This document shows positions 25,509 through 34,371 of a stretch of DNA of 64,000 nucleotides, piece by piece. The notes under the pieces are model-generated. The model saw only the letters and a program-made list of their open reading frames with translations. It searched no databases and was not told the origin of the DNA. Source of the DNA: a virus (Duplodnaviria > Caudoviricetes); the IMG/VR virus record IMGVR_UViG_3300048854_000073, positions 1,828 through 65,827 of that record. The stretch is one strand, 5' to 3'. A program made the translations under genes and the position numbers. The number at the start of each line of letters is the position of its first letter. Position 1 is the stretch's first letter.

Positions 25509-25777
25509 TACCGCATCTCCTCTTTCTTCCGTTCGATTGCGCCTAGTTCGCTGCGCGCCTGCGCGATCAGCACTTTCCACTCCGGCACCTGACCGAGCTG
25601 CTTATCGATTGCACGCAACAGTCGGAACAAAGCTGTCGTCTCCATTGCCCCTCTTCCCTTTTCAATCTCCGATGCAATCCTGTCCAGCCTGCGAATGATC
25701 TGCGTCGTACTGATGGCCAACATTATCGTGATGATGACCAACGCCACCGCAATACCAGAAAGGTCCCCATTACCCAC
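25508..25777 (-). CDS. Membrane-anchored coiled-coil protein
   Basis: N-terminal TM segment. Confidence 0.6.
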   Translation of the reverse strand: MGNGDLSGIAVALVIITIMLAISTTQIIRRLDRIASEIEKGRGAMETTALFRLLRAIDKQLGQVPEWKVLIAQARSELGAIERKKEEMR

Positions 25778-26125
25778 TTACCGCACCTTCCTCGGAACTG
25801 CTTTCGGCTGATGCTCCAACCCCATGTGGCAGTCCATGCACTTGGTATAAACGTTCTCCAGTACATCTCCTCCGCCAGCTCCACGGCCATGGATGTGAGC
25901 CATGTGCATCGAATCGAATCCACCGGCAAAGATGCGCACCGGACGCAAACACACCACACACTTTCGGTTGTCGCGATTCCAGCAATCGATGCGCAGTTCT
26001 TCCAGATCGAGCCCTGTACGCCGGGTAATGCCAGCCTTGCCGATCTCGATCAATTCACCGTCTCCTTCATCCAGCCCTGCTTTTTGAAGTGAAGCTCCAT
26101 ATCGTTCAGTGCTCCATCGATCCAC
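25778..26125 (-). CDS. HNH endonuclease
   Basis: CVVC...HMAHIHGRGAGG...NVYTKCMDCH. Confidence 0.85.
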   Translation of the reverse strand: MDRWSTERYGASLQKAGLDEGDGELIEIGKAGITRRTGLDLEELRIDCWNRDNRKCVVCLRPVRIFAGGFDSMHMAHIHGRGAGGGDVLENVYTKCMDCHMGLEHQPKAVPRKVR

Positions 26126-26457
26126 TCATCCCCATTCAGGGCGATGCACATGGGGCATCCATTCATCTCCGTCTCCGTCTCCGCCATTCGCTTCATAGAC
26201 AGAAACAGAATCTCCATGTGAATCTCTACGAACGGATCGAACACAGCATCAGGCCGTTCCGCGTCGGTATCCTCTGCCAAGCTCGCAGCCATCTGCCGTT
26301 GCAGGAATCCTTCTACTGCCTCCTGCATGTCGGGTGAGACGAACTGCCATAGGTTGCGCGCGCGCAGGCCTTCTTTGATCTGACGATCATGCTTGTCACA
26401 AAGAACGACCTCGGCACCGGTCTCATTCCTAAGCGAGAATAAAGAACCGTTTTCCAT
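26050..26457 (-). CDS. Hypothetical protein
   Basis: LCDKH...CPMC. Confidence 0.6.
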   Translation of the reverse strand: MENGSLFSLRNETGAEVVLCDKHDRQIKEGLRARNLWQFVSPDMQEAVEGFLQRQMAASLAEDTDAERPDAVFDPFVEIHMEILFLSMKRMAETETEMNGCPMCIALNGDEWIDGALNDMELHFKKQGWMKETVN

Positions 26458-26617
26458 GGGTCACCTTTGTGTCTACCAGTTCAAGATCAACCAGACCGGC
26501 CATAGCCCAGTCCCATCCCTTTTCCAACGTCTCCCGGCAAGCTTCTTCCGAAACCTTGCGAACCATCATCATGTGCCGGTACATCTCTGATTGTGTCATC
26601 TGGCGAGTTTGCTGCAT
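26429..26617 (-). CDS. Small hypothetical protein
   Basis: First gene after operator 26636. Confidence 0.5.
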   Translation of the reverse strand: MQQTRQMTQSEMYRHMMMVRKVSEEACRETLEKGWDWAMAGLVDLELVDTKVTHGKRFFILA

Positions 26618-26635
26618 TGGGTCCCCTTTTCACAG

Positions 26636-26653
26636 TGTAGGCTGTAGACCACA
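26636..26653. promoter_or_regulatory. 18-bp operator copy (TGTAGGCTGTAGACCACA)
   Basis: Intergenic. Confidence 0.7.
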
Positions 26654-26677
26654 CATCATAAATGATGGCTGCAGCCA

Positions 26678-27538
26678 TCACCCATCAATCGTCATCCTCT
26701 TCTTAAAGGCCTCGTACGCATCGCGGTTGGTCTGTTGGTGATAGCCCTCACGCTCGCATAAACCATCCAGAAAGAACGCGAAGACATTCGACATCGCATC
26801 CTCGCGGCCATTCACTTCATAGGCCCACTCTGCGATTTCCACACAATCCTCGAAATATCCACGGTTCTCCGGAGAGAACTTCAACACCAGCGTCGGAGCG
26901 TTCCCTACATGCTGATCGGGAAACTCATCCTGCACCATCTTCACGAAGCCTTCTTCGGAGTCTTCCTTCGCCGACTCGATCACCTTCGGATCGCTCTGCA
27001 CCTTGGTTGAAAGCTCTGACAGCCGGGTGACGTTGGCGCGCGTCATCTCCTTCAGGTCCTCAACAGAGACGCCCCTGATCTTCTCCAGTACGCTGATTGC
27101 CTTGAATGCGGACCTGCGACCGACACCGAGCCGAACGATCACCCACTCTTCCCATGAGTGATAGGCCACGCCGGTTACAGGATGCACGCGCTTGGTCCAC
27201 AGCAGCCGATCCCGCATCTCCCTGCAGATCAAACCAAGCTCGATGAAGGAGCGCCGGGTGGTGCTCTCGATCACCGCCGTGCGTTCATCCAGCACGCGAG
27301 CTGCCTCTTCGTCATCCGCCTCGCGCAGGTTCAGAATGTCGCGCTCCGTAATCTCCCGCGTCATCGCAGTGCTAGATTGCACTGGAGTAGACGCCCCACC
27401 GGTAAGCCGCATCCGGCCATGGTGCCCCGGAAGAAACCGCAGGTACTCGCCCTTGACGTGACCCTTCCGCCTGTCCGTCTTTGCAATCATCGTGGTCTCT
27501 TCGCCGCATCCACACTCACACAGCTTTACTTCGCTCAT
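26678..27538 (-). CDS. Hypothetical DNA-binding protein with N-terminal CECGCG motif
   Basis: Start moved to ATG 27538 after GAGGGGAGGAAGG; DUF3102-like SFIELGLICREMRD...WEEWV. Confidence 0.7.
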   Translation of the reverse strand: MSEVKLCECGCGEETTMIAKTDRRKGHVKGEYLRFLPGHHGRMRLTGGASTPVQSSTAMTREITERDILNLREADDEEAARVLDERTAVIESTTRRSFIELGLICREMRDRLLWTKRVHPVTGVAYHSWEEWVIVRLGVGRRSAFKAISVLEKIRGVSVEDLKEMTRANVTRLSELSTKVQSDPKVIESAKEDSEEGFVKMVQDEFPDQHVGNAPTLVLKFSPENRGYFEDCVEIAEWAYEVNGREDAMSNVFAFFLDGLCEREGYHQQTNRDAYEAFKKRMTIDG

Positions 27539-27653
27539 CCGATCCTTCCTCCCCTCACGATCCATCTGTTTCGCCACATCGCCCAAAGCCCTCTGCGAAA
27601 GCAAAACGGCTTCAGGAAAAACCAACACTCCAGCGGACCTACCCGAAACAACC

Positions 27654-29333
27654 TCATCCCGCCATACTCGAAAACTTCTTTCGTGTCGTGGCAGTCTTCG
27701 GCTCATAGTCCACACGCCCCAACAACACACCGGCCTCTTTGTCCTGAATCTTCCAGTAGATCGATGGTTGTGGGCTGTCGCTCTTCGTCTCAAAGCGCAT
27801 CTGCCTCACCTGCTTGTCTTCATCCACCATGCGGATACCGATGATGTACTCCGCGAAGCCTGCAATCGCGCTCGATCCGCGCGCGAGCTGGCTAAGTGTC
27901 TTCGTGTCGTCCCAATCCTTGACGGAGTGATGCACTACGCAAATCTGGCAACCTACCTCGTCCCTGATCTGCGTTACCCGGCCGAGAATTTTGCGCATCT
28001 CGGTGTTGTCGTTCTCGTCTGCGTCGTGCAGGATGTTCAGCACATCCAGAATGCAGAACTCGATCTTCTTTCGCTGCATCTCGGTGATGATCGCGGTAAG
28101 CTGCTCGTCATCGTCCAACATCAGGCTCTTGCTCTGATCGCGCGTGTTCACCAGCAGGTTGGTATCCCACAACGCATCATTGGGATCGAATCCCATCCCG
28201 ATCATCGCTCTCCGGATACGCCTCGCCGTGAGCCCCGGAGCGTCCTCCCTGCTTATTAAAGCCACGCGGGTAGGTTCTGACACCTTGTAATCAAGCCACT
28301 CGCCTCCAGCCGCCAGAGCGACCGCAAGACACGCCGTAGCGAACGACTTCCCCGACTTCGGCAACGCGATCACAAACCCGCTGGTGTTCTTCTCGATAAT
28401 TCCATCCAGCTTCCAATCGATCACCGTAGGCACATGCCGGATGAAGACTGGAGCCGACACCAGCAGATCGGAGCTGCTGTCAGGCCGTCGCCACAGAGGA
28501 GCCTTACGAATCAAATCCAGCAGTTCACCAAACTCATGGTTCTGCAGGTAATCGGCAACGTCATCCTTTTCGTTGTCCAGAGGAAGCTGCAGCCAGCGCA
28601 CCCCGGCCGCATACTTGGCCACCGACGCGGCCACAAGGTTCATGTGTTCGCGTCCAGTGTCATCGTTATCCGGAACCACCACCACTTTCTTCCCGGCAAA
28701 GAACGGAGCAAACTCTTCCTTCCACTTCTTCGCACCGAAGGGGCTGGTGGTCGCGGTAAAGCCATGCACGATGCATGCATCCGATTCGCCGACATGATCG
28801 CAGTACGCCTGACGTACTGCCTCCACGCACTTCTCTCCTTCGACAATCAAAATCTCTGTCGCGCGCAGAACCTCCTGAAGCTGGTACAGCACACGCCGGG
28901 TATTGCCGATGCTGTACTCCCATCCATTCTTGCCGACAGGCCGACGAACGCTGATGCGCTTCTTCCCCGTCTCGTAGTTCCGCGTCTTCACCACCTGATA
29001 CAAAACACGGCTCTGTTCGTCGCGATACTCGTAGATCGCTTCAGGCTTGCCGGAGTGTGAAAACTGGTACTGCGACAGACCGAGGATCGATGAGACGGCC
29101 GCACCGGCCTCGCCTTCAGCCACTCCGCTGAAGCGCATCTCGAAGTCCACCATGCCTCCGCCGATGTGTTCGGTGTGGCAGTGCCAAACTCCCTTCTCGA
29201 AGTTGAAGCTCATCGAAGGCGAGTGATCGTCATGGAACGGGCAACGCGCCATGTAGCTCGCGCCGACCTTGCGAATCTCGCTGCCGATCCGTGCTTCGTA
29301 ATACTTTCGGGCCTGCTCTGCTGTGAAGTTCAT
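27654..29333 (-). CDS. Primase-helicase (CHC2 Zn finger + TOPRIM + RepA/AAA_25 helicase)
   Basis: CPFHDDHSPS; IVEGEK; PDNDDTG; ALPKSGKS; LDVL; VVHHSVK; RGSSAI. Confidence 0.92.
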   Translation of the reverse strand: MNFTAEQARKYYEARIGSEIRKVGASYMARCPFHDDHSPSMSFNFEKGVWHCHTEHIGGGMVDFEMRFSGVAEGEAGAAVSSILGLSQYQFSHSGKPEAIYEYRDEQSRVLYQVVKTRNYETGKKRISVRRPVGKNGWEYSIGNTRRVLYQLQEVLRATEILIVEGEKCVEAVRQAYCDHVGESDACIVHGFTATTSPFGAKKWKEEFAPFFAGKKVVVVPDNDDTGREHMNLVAASVAKYAAGVRWLQLPLDNEKDDVADYLQNHEFGELLDLIRKAPLWRRPDSSSDLLVSAPVFIRHVPTVIDWKLDGIIEKNTSGFVIALPKSGKSFATACLAVALAAGGEWLDYKVSEPTRVALISREDAPGLTARRIRRAMIGMGFDPNDALWDTNLLVNTRDQSKSLMLDDDEQLTAIITEMQRKKIEFCILDVLNILHDADENDNTEMRKILGRVTQIRDEVGCQICVVHHSVKDWDDTKTLSQLARGSSAIAGFAEYIIGIRMVDEDKQVRQMRFETKSDSPQPSIYWKIQDKEAGVLLGRVDYEPKTATTRKKFSSMAG

Positions 29334-29641
29334 TTCTCTGCGTCCATCCTCACAGGGCGATTCTTGTTATCGAACTTCGGGTTATAAGCAGCCAGAGGGC
29401 TCTGTGCCAGCTCTGCCAGCTCCGCCTGCTTGGCCTGTTTGCGCTCGCGTGCTGCTGCAGCCTTGCGCTCTTCGTCCTTCAGAGAGTCCTGATGAAACAG
29501 CTCATGCTTCGGACAGAACGCCGACGCCTCCTGACGGAGCTTGCCGCAGAACAATTTCGGCGCGGCATGGCCTTTCTTCTTTTTGCCGAAGCCGACAACC
29601 CACTCGCATCCATCGAACATGCTCATCGGTTCATCCACCAT
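29330..29641 (-). CDS. Hypothetical protein
   Basis: CEW...FCGK...FCPKH. Confidence 0.6.
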   Translation of the reverse strand: MVDEPMSMFDGCEWVVGFGKKKKGHAAPKLFCGKLRQEASAFCPKHELFHQDSLKDEERKAAAARERKQAKQAELAELAQSPLAAYNPKFDNKNRPVRMDAEK

Positions 29642-30360
29642 TCCAGTTTTTCTGTGCTCTTGAAGAGGTGATCGATCCAGTCCACGTATTGCCTGTTGTT
29701 CTCGTTCTTCCCCATGTGGAAGTCACTGCTGGCAAGCTCATCGATGCACATGCCCATCATCTCCTCCGCCTTGTCCAGTTTTCCGCCTGTCTTCTGCAGA
29801 CAGTCACCGAGACGTGAGAGTCCCTTTTTCATTCGGTTGTCAGTCAGGGTGTAGAGTTTGGGATTCTTGCCGGTCTGTTCGATGTAGTAGGTAAAGAGTC
29901 GCCGTACTGATGCCTTCAGCAACTCCGCCTTAATCTCTGTTGTAGTCTCTGTTGTAGTCTCTGCAATTAAAGATGGTACGTTTCCGCCCATCCAGTTGGG
30001 CGGATTCGTACCATCTAGCTGGTACGTTTCGTGCAATCTAGTTTGCAGGTTTTGCCACTTCAGCCGGTAGTGAAGCTTCGCCGGAACTCCCACCCTCTTC
30101 TCTTCCAGAAAGCCATGCTTGCGCAGAGCCTTGCGCGCGGTCTCCTGCTCGCGGCGAAGCATGCCTGTCTCTTCGGCCCACTCTTCGCGAGTCTTGTAGA
30201 ACCATCCTTTGTCGTCGGAGGTACGCTTCGACCAGTACACGATCTGCGAAAGCATCAGCGCAGCGGTTACGCTACCCGTCAGCTCCACGAAGACGCGATG
30301 AAACGCGATAGGCCGATCCAATGCATCGAGAACACTCAAGGCGAGAACAACTCCTTCCAA
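29623..30360 (-). CDS. Phage replication initiator-like wHTH protein
   Basis: RPIAFHRVFVELTGSVTAALMLSQIVYW...WFYKTREEWAEETGM; ETTTETTT linker; start uncertain. Confidence 0.8.
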   Translation of the reverse strand: MEGVVLALSVLDALDRPIAFHRVFVELTGSVTAALMLSQIVYWSKRTSDDKGWFYKTREEWAEETGMLRREQETARKALRKHGFLEEKRVGVPAKLHYRLKWQNLQTRLHETYQLDGTNPPNWMGGNVPSLIAETTTETTTEIKAELLKASVRRLFTYYIEQTGKNPKLYTLTDNRMKKGLSRLGDCLQKTGGKLDKAEEMMGMCIDELASSDFHMGKNENNRQYVDWIDHLFKSTEKLEWWMNR

Positions 30361-30370
30361 GAAAAGGAAT

Positions 30371-30409
30371 GGGTAGAGGGGAGAGTCTTGGGCTCTCCTA
30401 CCTCTACCC
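30371..30409 (-). terminator. Strong hairpin / possible attenuator upstream of the replication initiator
   Basis: GGGTAGAGG/CCTCTACCC plus GGAGAG/CTCTCC, followed on minus strand by ATTCCTTTTCTT. Confidence 0.55.
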
Positions 30410-30460
30410 TTTGGCTCCAGTGGTTAGCTGAAGCCCACCGTGCTGGCGCAAGGTTTTTTC

Positions 30461-30489
30461 AATGTAGGCTGCAGGCCACACAAGCGCAA
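30461..30489 (-). promoter_or_regulatory. Promoter TTGCGC-17 bp-TACATT with operator (30463-30480) covering spacer and -10
   Basis: Spacing counted directly; operator TGTAGGCTGCAGGCCACA. Confidence 0.7.
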
Positions 30490-30525
30490 GCGGTTTTTTA
30501 CTTCGTTGCTCTCACTTACTCTTAC

Positions 30526-30966
30526 TTACTCTGCGTTGCTCTGTACCGGTTCTTCCTGCTCTTCCGCAGGCTGTGATGCATGTGCTGCATAGGCTTCGCT
30601 CACCAGCTTGGCCACGCGTTCTGCATCGTCAAGCGCTTCCTGTGCAGTAGGAAACTCACCGGAGATGCGCTGCTCTTCATGGTTGGAAAGTGGCGATGCC
30701 TTCGCGAGGACGACATGCGCGCCACCGGTCAGAGCGACGACATGAGCATCCTCGTACAACTTGGCCACGGTCTCCGGAATCTCGGAAGCCGTTGCCTCTG
30801 GAGCTGCAGGCGTAGCAGGCTCGTCCGCTGGCTCGTCCGTGTTGGCTGGAGCCTCCTCGGGATCAGCAGGCTCCTCTGCAGGCTCCTGTGGCGTTTCGGG
30901 TTGTGCTTCCGTGGTGGGCTCCGGCTGAACCTCTACCGGCTCGGTTACATTCTGCTCGTCAGACAT
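30526..30966 (-). CDS. Acidic Pro/Glu-rich low-complexity protein
   Basis: GGAGGT RBS. Confidence 0.7.
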   Translation of the reverse strand: MSDEQNVTEPVEVQPEPTTEAQPETPQEPAEEPADPEEAPANTDEPADEPATPAAPEATASEIPETVAKLYEDAHVVALTGGAHVVLAKASPLSNHEEQRISGEFPTAQEALDDAERVAKLVSEAYAAHASQPAEEQEEPVQSNAE

Positions 30967-30984
30967 GGTGTTACCTCCGCGTTT

Positions 30985-31269
30985 CTAAATCAAATGCATG
31001 TTGAGAAGTTCGATCAGCTCTTCGAACTCCGGGTGACGGTTGAGGATATCGAGCGCACGCGCGTACCTGTCGCGATCACTGGAAGCATTGCGAAGCTGAC
31101 GCTCAATACGATACGCCAAAGGCTCCTGCTTGATTCCCGTGGCCTGCGTTTGCAGCATGCCATTCCAATACGCGGGATTCACCGAACCGCAAGTCTCGAT
31201 CAAATTCGCCGCGTTCACTGCTGCTGCCTTCTCTGCGTTCAGCTTTTCCTGAACTTCGTCGCTGTACAT
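30985..31269 (-). CDS. Hypothetical protein
   Basis: GAGGGG RBS. Confidence 0.7.
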   Translation of the reverse strand: MYSDEVQEKLNAEKAAAVNAANLIETCGSVNPAYWNGMLQTQATGIKQEPLAYRIERQLRNASSDRDRYARALDILNRHPEFEELIELLNMHLI

Positions 31270-31283
31270 AGTTCCCCTCTTTC

Positions 31284-31811
31284 CTAAAATGGAATGTCGT
31301 CGTCTTCGATTTCCTGATTGTGAATGTTCTGCGCCGGAGCCGATGTTGCAGGCTTCGCCGCATTCTTGTTCCTGCCGAAGAGAGAATCCAGCTCGCGCGT
31401 CTCCTTCGAACTAAGCTGCGGCAACTCCAGCGCAGTCGCTCCTTTGCTGAACTGCCAGCGCTCACGCGGCTCCCCGCTCAGGTCCTCTTCGTGCTTGCAC
31501 CACAGATTGACCTGCACGCCCCGCATGTCCACATGCTGCGGATGATCTGGATTGAGCTGGCTGACCTTCTCTCCTTCGAAGCCGATGCTCTGCAGCGTCT
31601 CGGTAAGGAAGGGCACCGTCTTCTCCGTAATCACCATGTAGATCGTCCGCTCGTACTGGCCGCGATGAGGCTTGAAGCTGTTCTCCCCTTCGGGATAGCC
31701 CAACACCTTCACCCGCCAGACAATCTGCGGCTTGTCAGTCTTGGTGCGGCCGATGCCATGCTGCGTAATCTCTCCGACGTGCAGACCCTCTTCGTAATAC
31801 GGCTTACCCAT
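31284..31811 (-). CDS. Single-stranded DNA-binding protein (DUF669-like)
   Basis: OB-like core; acidic C-terminus EIEDDDIPF. Confidence 0.8.
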   Translation of the reverse strand: MGKPYYEEGLHVGEITQHGIGRTKTDKPQIVWRVKVLGYPEGENSFKPHRGQYERTIYMVITEKTVPFLTETLQSIGFEGEKVSQLNPDHPQHVDMRGVQVNLWCKHEEDLSGEPRERWQFSKGATALELPQLSSKETRELDSLFGRNKNAAKPATSAPAQNIHNQEIEDDDIPF

Positions 31812-32754
31812 TGACGACCTCCTTAGTCTCTTCTGCGGCCGTCTCCGGCGTTACACTCTGCGGCTCGATCCTGCGAGCTGCCTTCAGGGCTGCGCTCAGT
31901 GCGTTCCAACCCTCCAGCGCGGAATCGCCCATCTCGATCTCCTGCGGAAGTCCCATGCGGTTCTTCGCGTCGAAGATGGGATTCGGCTCCGATCCGGTAT
32001 AGAGAATGCGATAGCTCTGATCGGAGGCCTTGCCCTTCTTTCCCGGATCGGCCGTCTTCGTTCCCTGTCGCACCATCACTTCGTAGTTGCCGAAGAAGAT
32101 CGCATCCAACCAGCCCTGCGCCACGCTCCATGCCTTGTCATGCATCTTCGGAACGTAACGGTCATAGTCCGCGCCTGCAGGATTCTTGAAGGTCTTAATC
32201 TGCGTGTGCATCAGATAAAAGATCGTCATGTTGCGCTCAAGGCGAAGCTTGTCCAGCTCGTTCTGCAGTTTCTTCCAGTCGTCCATCGAGACCTCGTAAC
32301 CACGCTGATAGCCAGCAAAGCCACGCTCTCCCCAATCCCCACCGAAGTCCCGCTCGCATACATGCTCGTACAGCATGCGCTCCGCACCGTTGGCAGTATC
32401 GAGAACCACCGTCTTGTAATCGTGAACTCCCTCGCGCAGCAATCGAATCGCATAAAGCAACTCGCTCCAGTCCTGCAGCTCCGGGAAGTATGGGGTGGGT
32501 GGAATCTGACCGGCATCGATCAGCGTATTCAGTCCGGTCTCTCCTCGGGTCATGAGGAAGATCGGGTTCGGGCTGTAGGCCAGCACCGAAGTCTTACCGA
32601 ATCCCGGCAACGCATGGAATGCGTACCGTTTTGGAAGAGGGCTCTTACTCTTCGTGGATACATCAGCGAGGCTCAAAGTCCTAGCTGAACTGCTTGGCGT
32701 TGTAGTGGACGAACCCGACAGCGGTTGCCGGGCCGTGCGCACAGGGTTAGCCAT
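31804..32754 (-). CDS. Sak4/AAA_24-type ssDNA-annealing NTPase
   Basis: HALPGFGKTS, YKTVVLDT, YFLMH, WLDAIFF, AKNR. Confidence 0.88.
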   Translation of the reverse strand: MANPVRTARQPLSGSSTTTPSSSARTLSLADVSTKSKSPLPKRYAFHALPGFGKTSVLAYSPNPIFLMTRGETGLNTLIDAGQIPPTPYFPELQDWSELLYAIRLLREGVHDYKTVVLDTANGAERMLYEHVCERDFGGDWGERGFAGYQRGYEVSMDDWKKLQNELDKLRLERNMTIFYLMHTQIKTFKNPAGADYDRYVPKMHDKAWSVAQGWLDAIFFGNYEVMVRQGTKTADPGKKGKASDQSYRILYTGSEPNPIFDAKNRMGLPQEIEMGDSALEGWNALSAALKAARRIEPQSVTPETAAEETKEVVNG

Positions 32755-32768
32755 GCTGTTCTCCTTTT

Positions 32769-33059
32769 TTATTTACTGCGTTTCAACAAAGGCAAAATCC
32801 TCGTCTCATACCACTGCGCCATCCGCACATGGTTCTGAGAGTGTTCTGGAATCTGTTCCTCAAAGCCCACCCATTCCAGATTGGAGAAGGCGCAATCCAT
32901 GCATCTGTAGACACCTCTGTCATCCACCTTCGTGACAGGGAAAAAGCGAAGCTCCACGTTCGGAATAACTTCGCTTGGATCAAAAAGCTGATCTCCTTCG
33001 AACCGTGGCGGCCTCCGCATAAAGAAGGGCACGCGAATCTCGCGAAGCTCCCGGCTCAT
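32769..33059 (-). CDS. Hypothetical protein with C2H2-like motif
   Basis: YRCMDC...PEHSQNH; ATGA coupling. Confidence 0.6.
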   Translation of the reverse strand: MSRELREIRVPFFMRRPPRFEGDQLFDPSEVIPNVELRFFPVTKVDDRGVYRCMDCAFSNLEWVGFEEQIPEHSQNHVRMAQWYETRILPLLKRSK

Positions 33060-34126
33060 GCCGTCACCCCTGCAGCCTGCGCCTGCATCAGCGCCACAAA
33101 GTAAGCTTCGCTGGCTGAATGCCACAGGTTCCCGAAGAACAGCGCTTCACGCTCCTCTTCATCTACTCGCTCGATTCCGATCTCGTAATCCAGCTCATGC
33201 TTACGGCGACACGTCTGGAAGGTGCGAATGCGGCTGTTGGTCAGGATGTCGCGGCCAGCATTCTGGCCAAGGATGGGAAGCTCGTTGTGAACGTATTCCT
33301 TCTTTGTCCACTTGCCGCTCTCTAACGTGTCGTGTCCACTGCACAGGCCGAGATACCGGCACGGCGAGCCATAGAGCATGCACGCTCCCGAGTTGCGCGG
33401 GTTGCGTCCCGTCTGGCGTACCTGCAGAAGGTCCTGACCGTGGTCCCATAGCTCCGTGGCGTATTCATAAATCTCGGAATCGAGCCTGACAATCTGCCGA
33501 CGTTGGAAGTACCACTGCGGCCGCTCCACCGTGCAGTCATGGATCAGGCGAGCCGCATACATGTAGATCGATTCGCGTGGCTTCTCATCGTTCATCACCG
33601 CGCGAACGTCTTCAGGGCTTACTTCCTGACCGTAGTACATCCCGGATGCAACAATGTCCTTCGCCTCTTGCTTGGTCAGCTTGCTCGGAGCGATACCGGG
33701 CTTCCGCATCACATCCCACACCGCACCATCTACCCGGTTCCCATTCAGCCATTCCAGCAGCATGTAATGGTTCACCTGACCTTCAATGCGGAGCTGCTGC
33801 CAGTAGGCTGCATTGGGATCGCTGATGTCGGAGGAGGTCGTCTTGTGGTCGAAGATCACCTTGGCATCCGTGGCGATCTCCGTGGCGCGCACATCGATCT
33901 TCCCGGCGACGGTAAAGCTTCGGCTCTTGCGCTGCGTCTCCGGGTTTACCAAATCGCTGGTAAGCACGGCTTCCACGCCGTCAATCCTGTAGGGTGCATT
34001 GCTCCAGCGCGCGTCGTACCCGTGCATCAATCCGTAGCATCGGGCCGCTACCAGTGCGCTCCGTGGATCGTCCGACTGCATAACCGGGGTGATTACCTTC
34101 AGTGCTGCGGCGAGAGATGAAGTCAC
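33056..34126 (-). CDS. Cas4/AddB-like PD-(D/E)xK exonuclease, circularly permuted
   Basis: E...AGKIDV...IFDHKTT...QVNHY; CMLYGSPCRYLGLC; the usual N-terminal motif (TNSRIRTFQTCRRK...ALFFGNLWHSASEAY) is at the C-terminus. Confidence 0.85.
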   Translation of the reverse strand: MTSSLAAALKVITPVMQSDDPRSALVAARCYGLMHGYDARWSNAPYRIDGVEAVLTSDLVNPETQRKSRSFTVAGKIDVRATEIATDAKVIFDHKTTSSDISDPNAAYWQQLRIEGQVNHYMLLEWLNGNRVDGAVWDVMRKPGIAPSKLTKQEAKDIVASGMYYGQEVSPEDVRAVMNDEKPRESIYMYAARLIHDCTVERPQWYFQRRQIVRLDSEIYEYATELWDHGQDLLQVRQTGRNPRNSGACMLYGSPCRYLGLCSGHDTLESGKWTKKEYVHNELPILGQNAGRDILTNSRIRTFQTCRRKHELDYEIGIERVDEEEREALFFGNLWHSASEAYFVALMQAQAAGVTA

Positions 34127-34137
34127 CTGTTCTCCTG

Positions 34138-34155
34138 TGTGGGCTACAACCTACA
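34138..34155. promoter_or_regulatory. 18-bp operator copy (TGTGGGCTACAACCTACA)
   Basis: Immediately upstream of the nuclease RBS. Confidence 0.75.
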
Positions 34156-34328
34156 CCGTAGCGCAAGCGATTCCCTCCTGTCACCTCCTAAGTGACTTAT
34201 TTTTGTATGAGATACAGAGCAAATAAAAGTAAACCAGAGTAAGATAAGGCAACACGAAGTAATCGGGGGTATTGATCGGGATACGTCTTCGATGTAACTT
34301 TTGTGTGTGACTTTAATCGCTTGCGCAT

Positions 34329-34346
34329 TGTAGGCTGGCGACTACA
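34329..34346. promoter_or_regulatory. Operator variant (TGTAGGCTGGCGACTACA)
   Basis: Other side of the divergent control region; follows TTGCGC. Confidence 0.6.
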
Positions 34347-34371
34347 CCAACAAAGGGAGGTGCAATTTACT

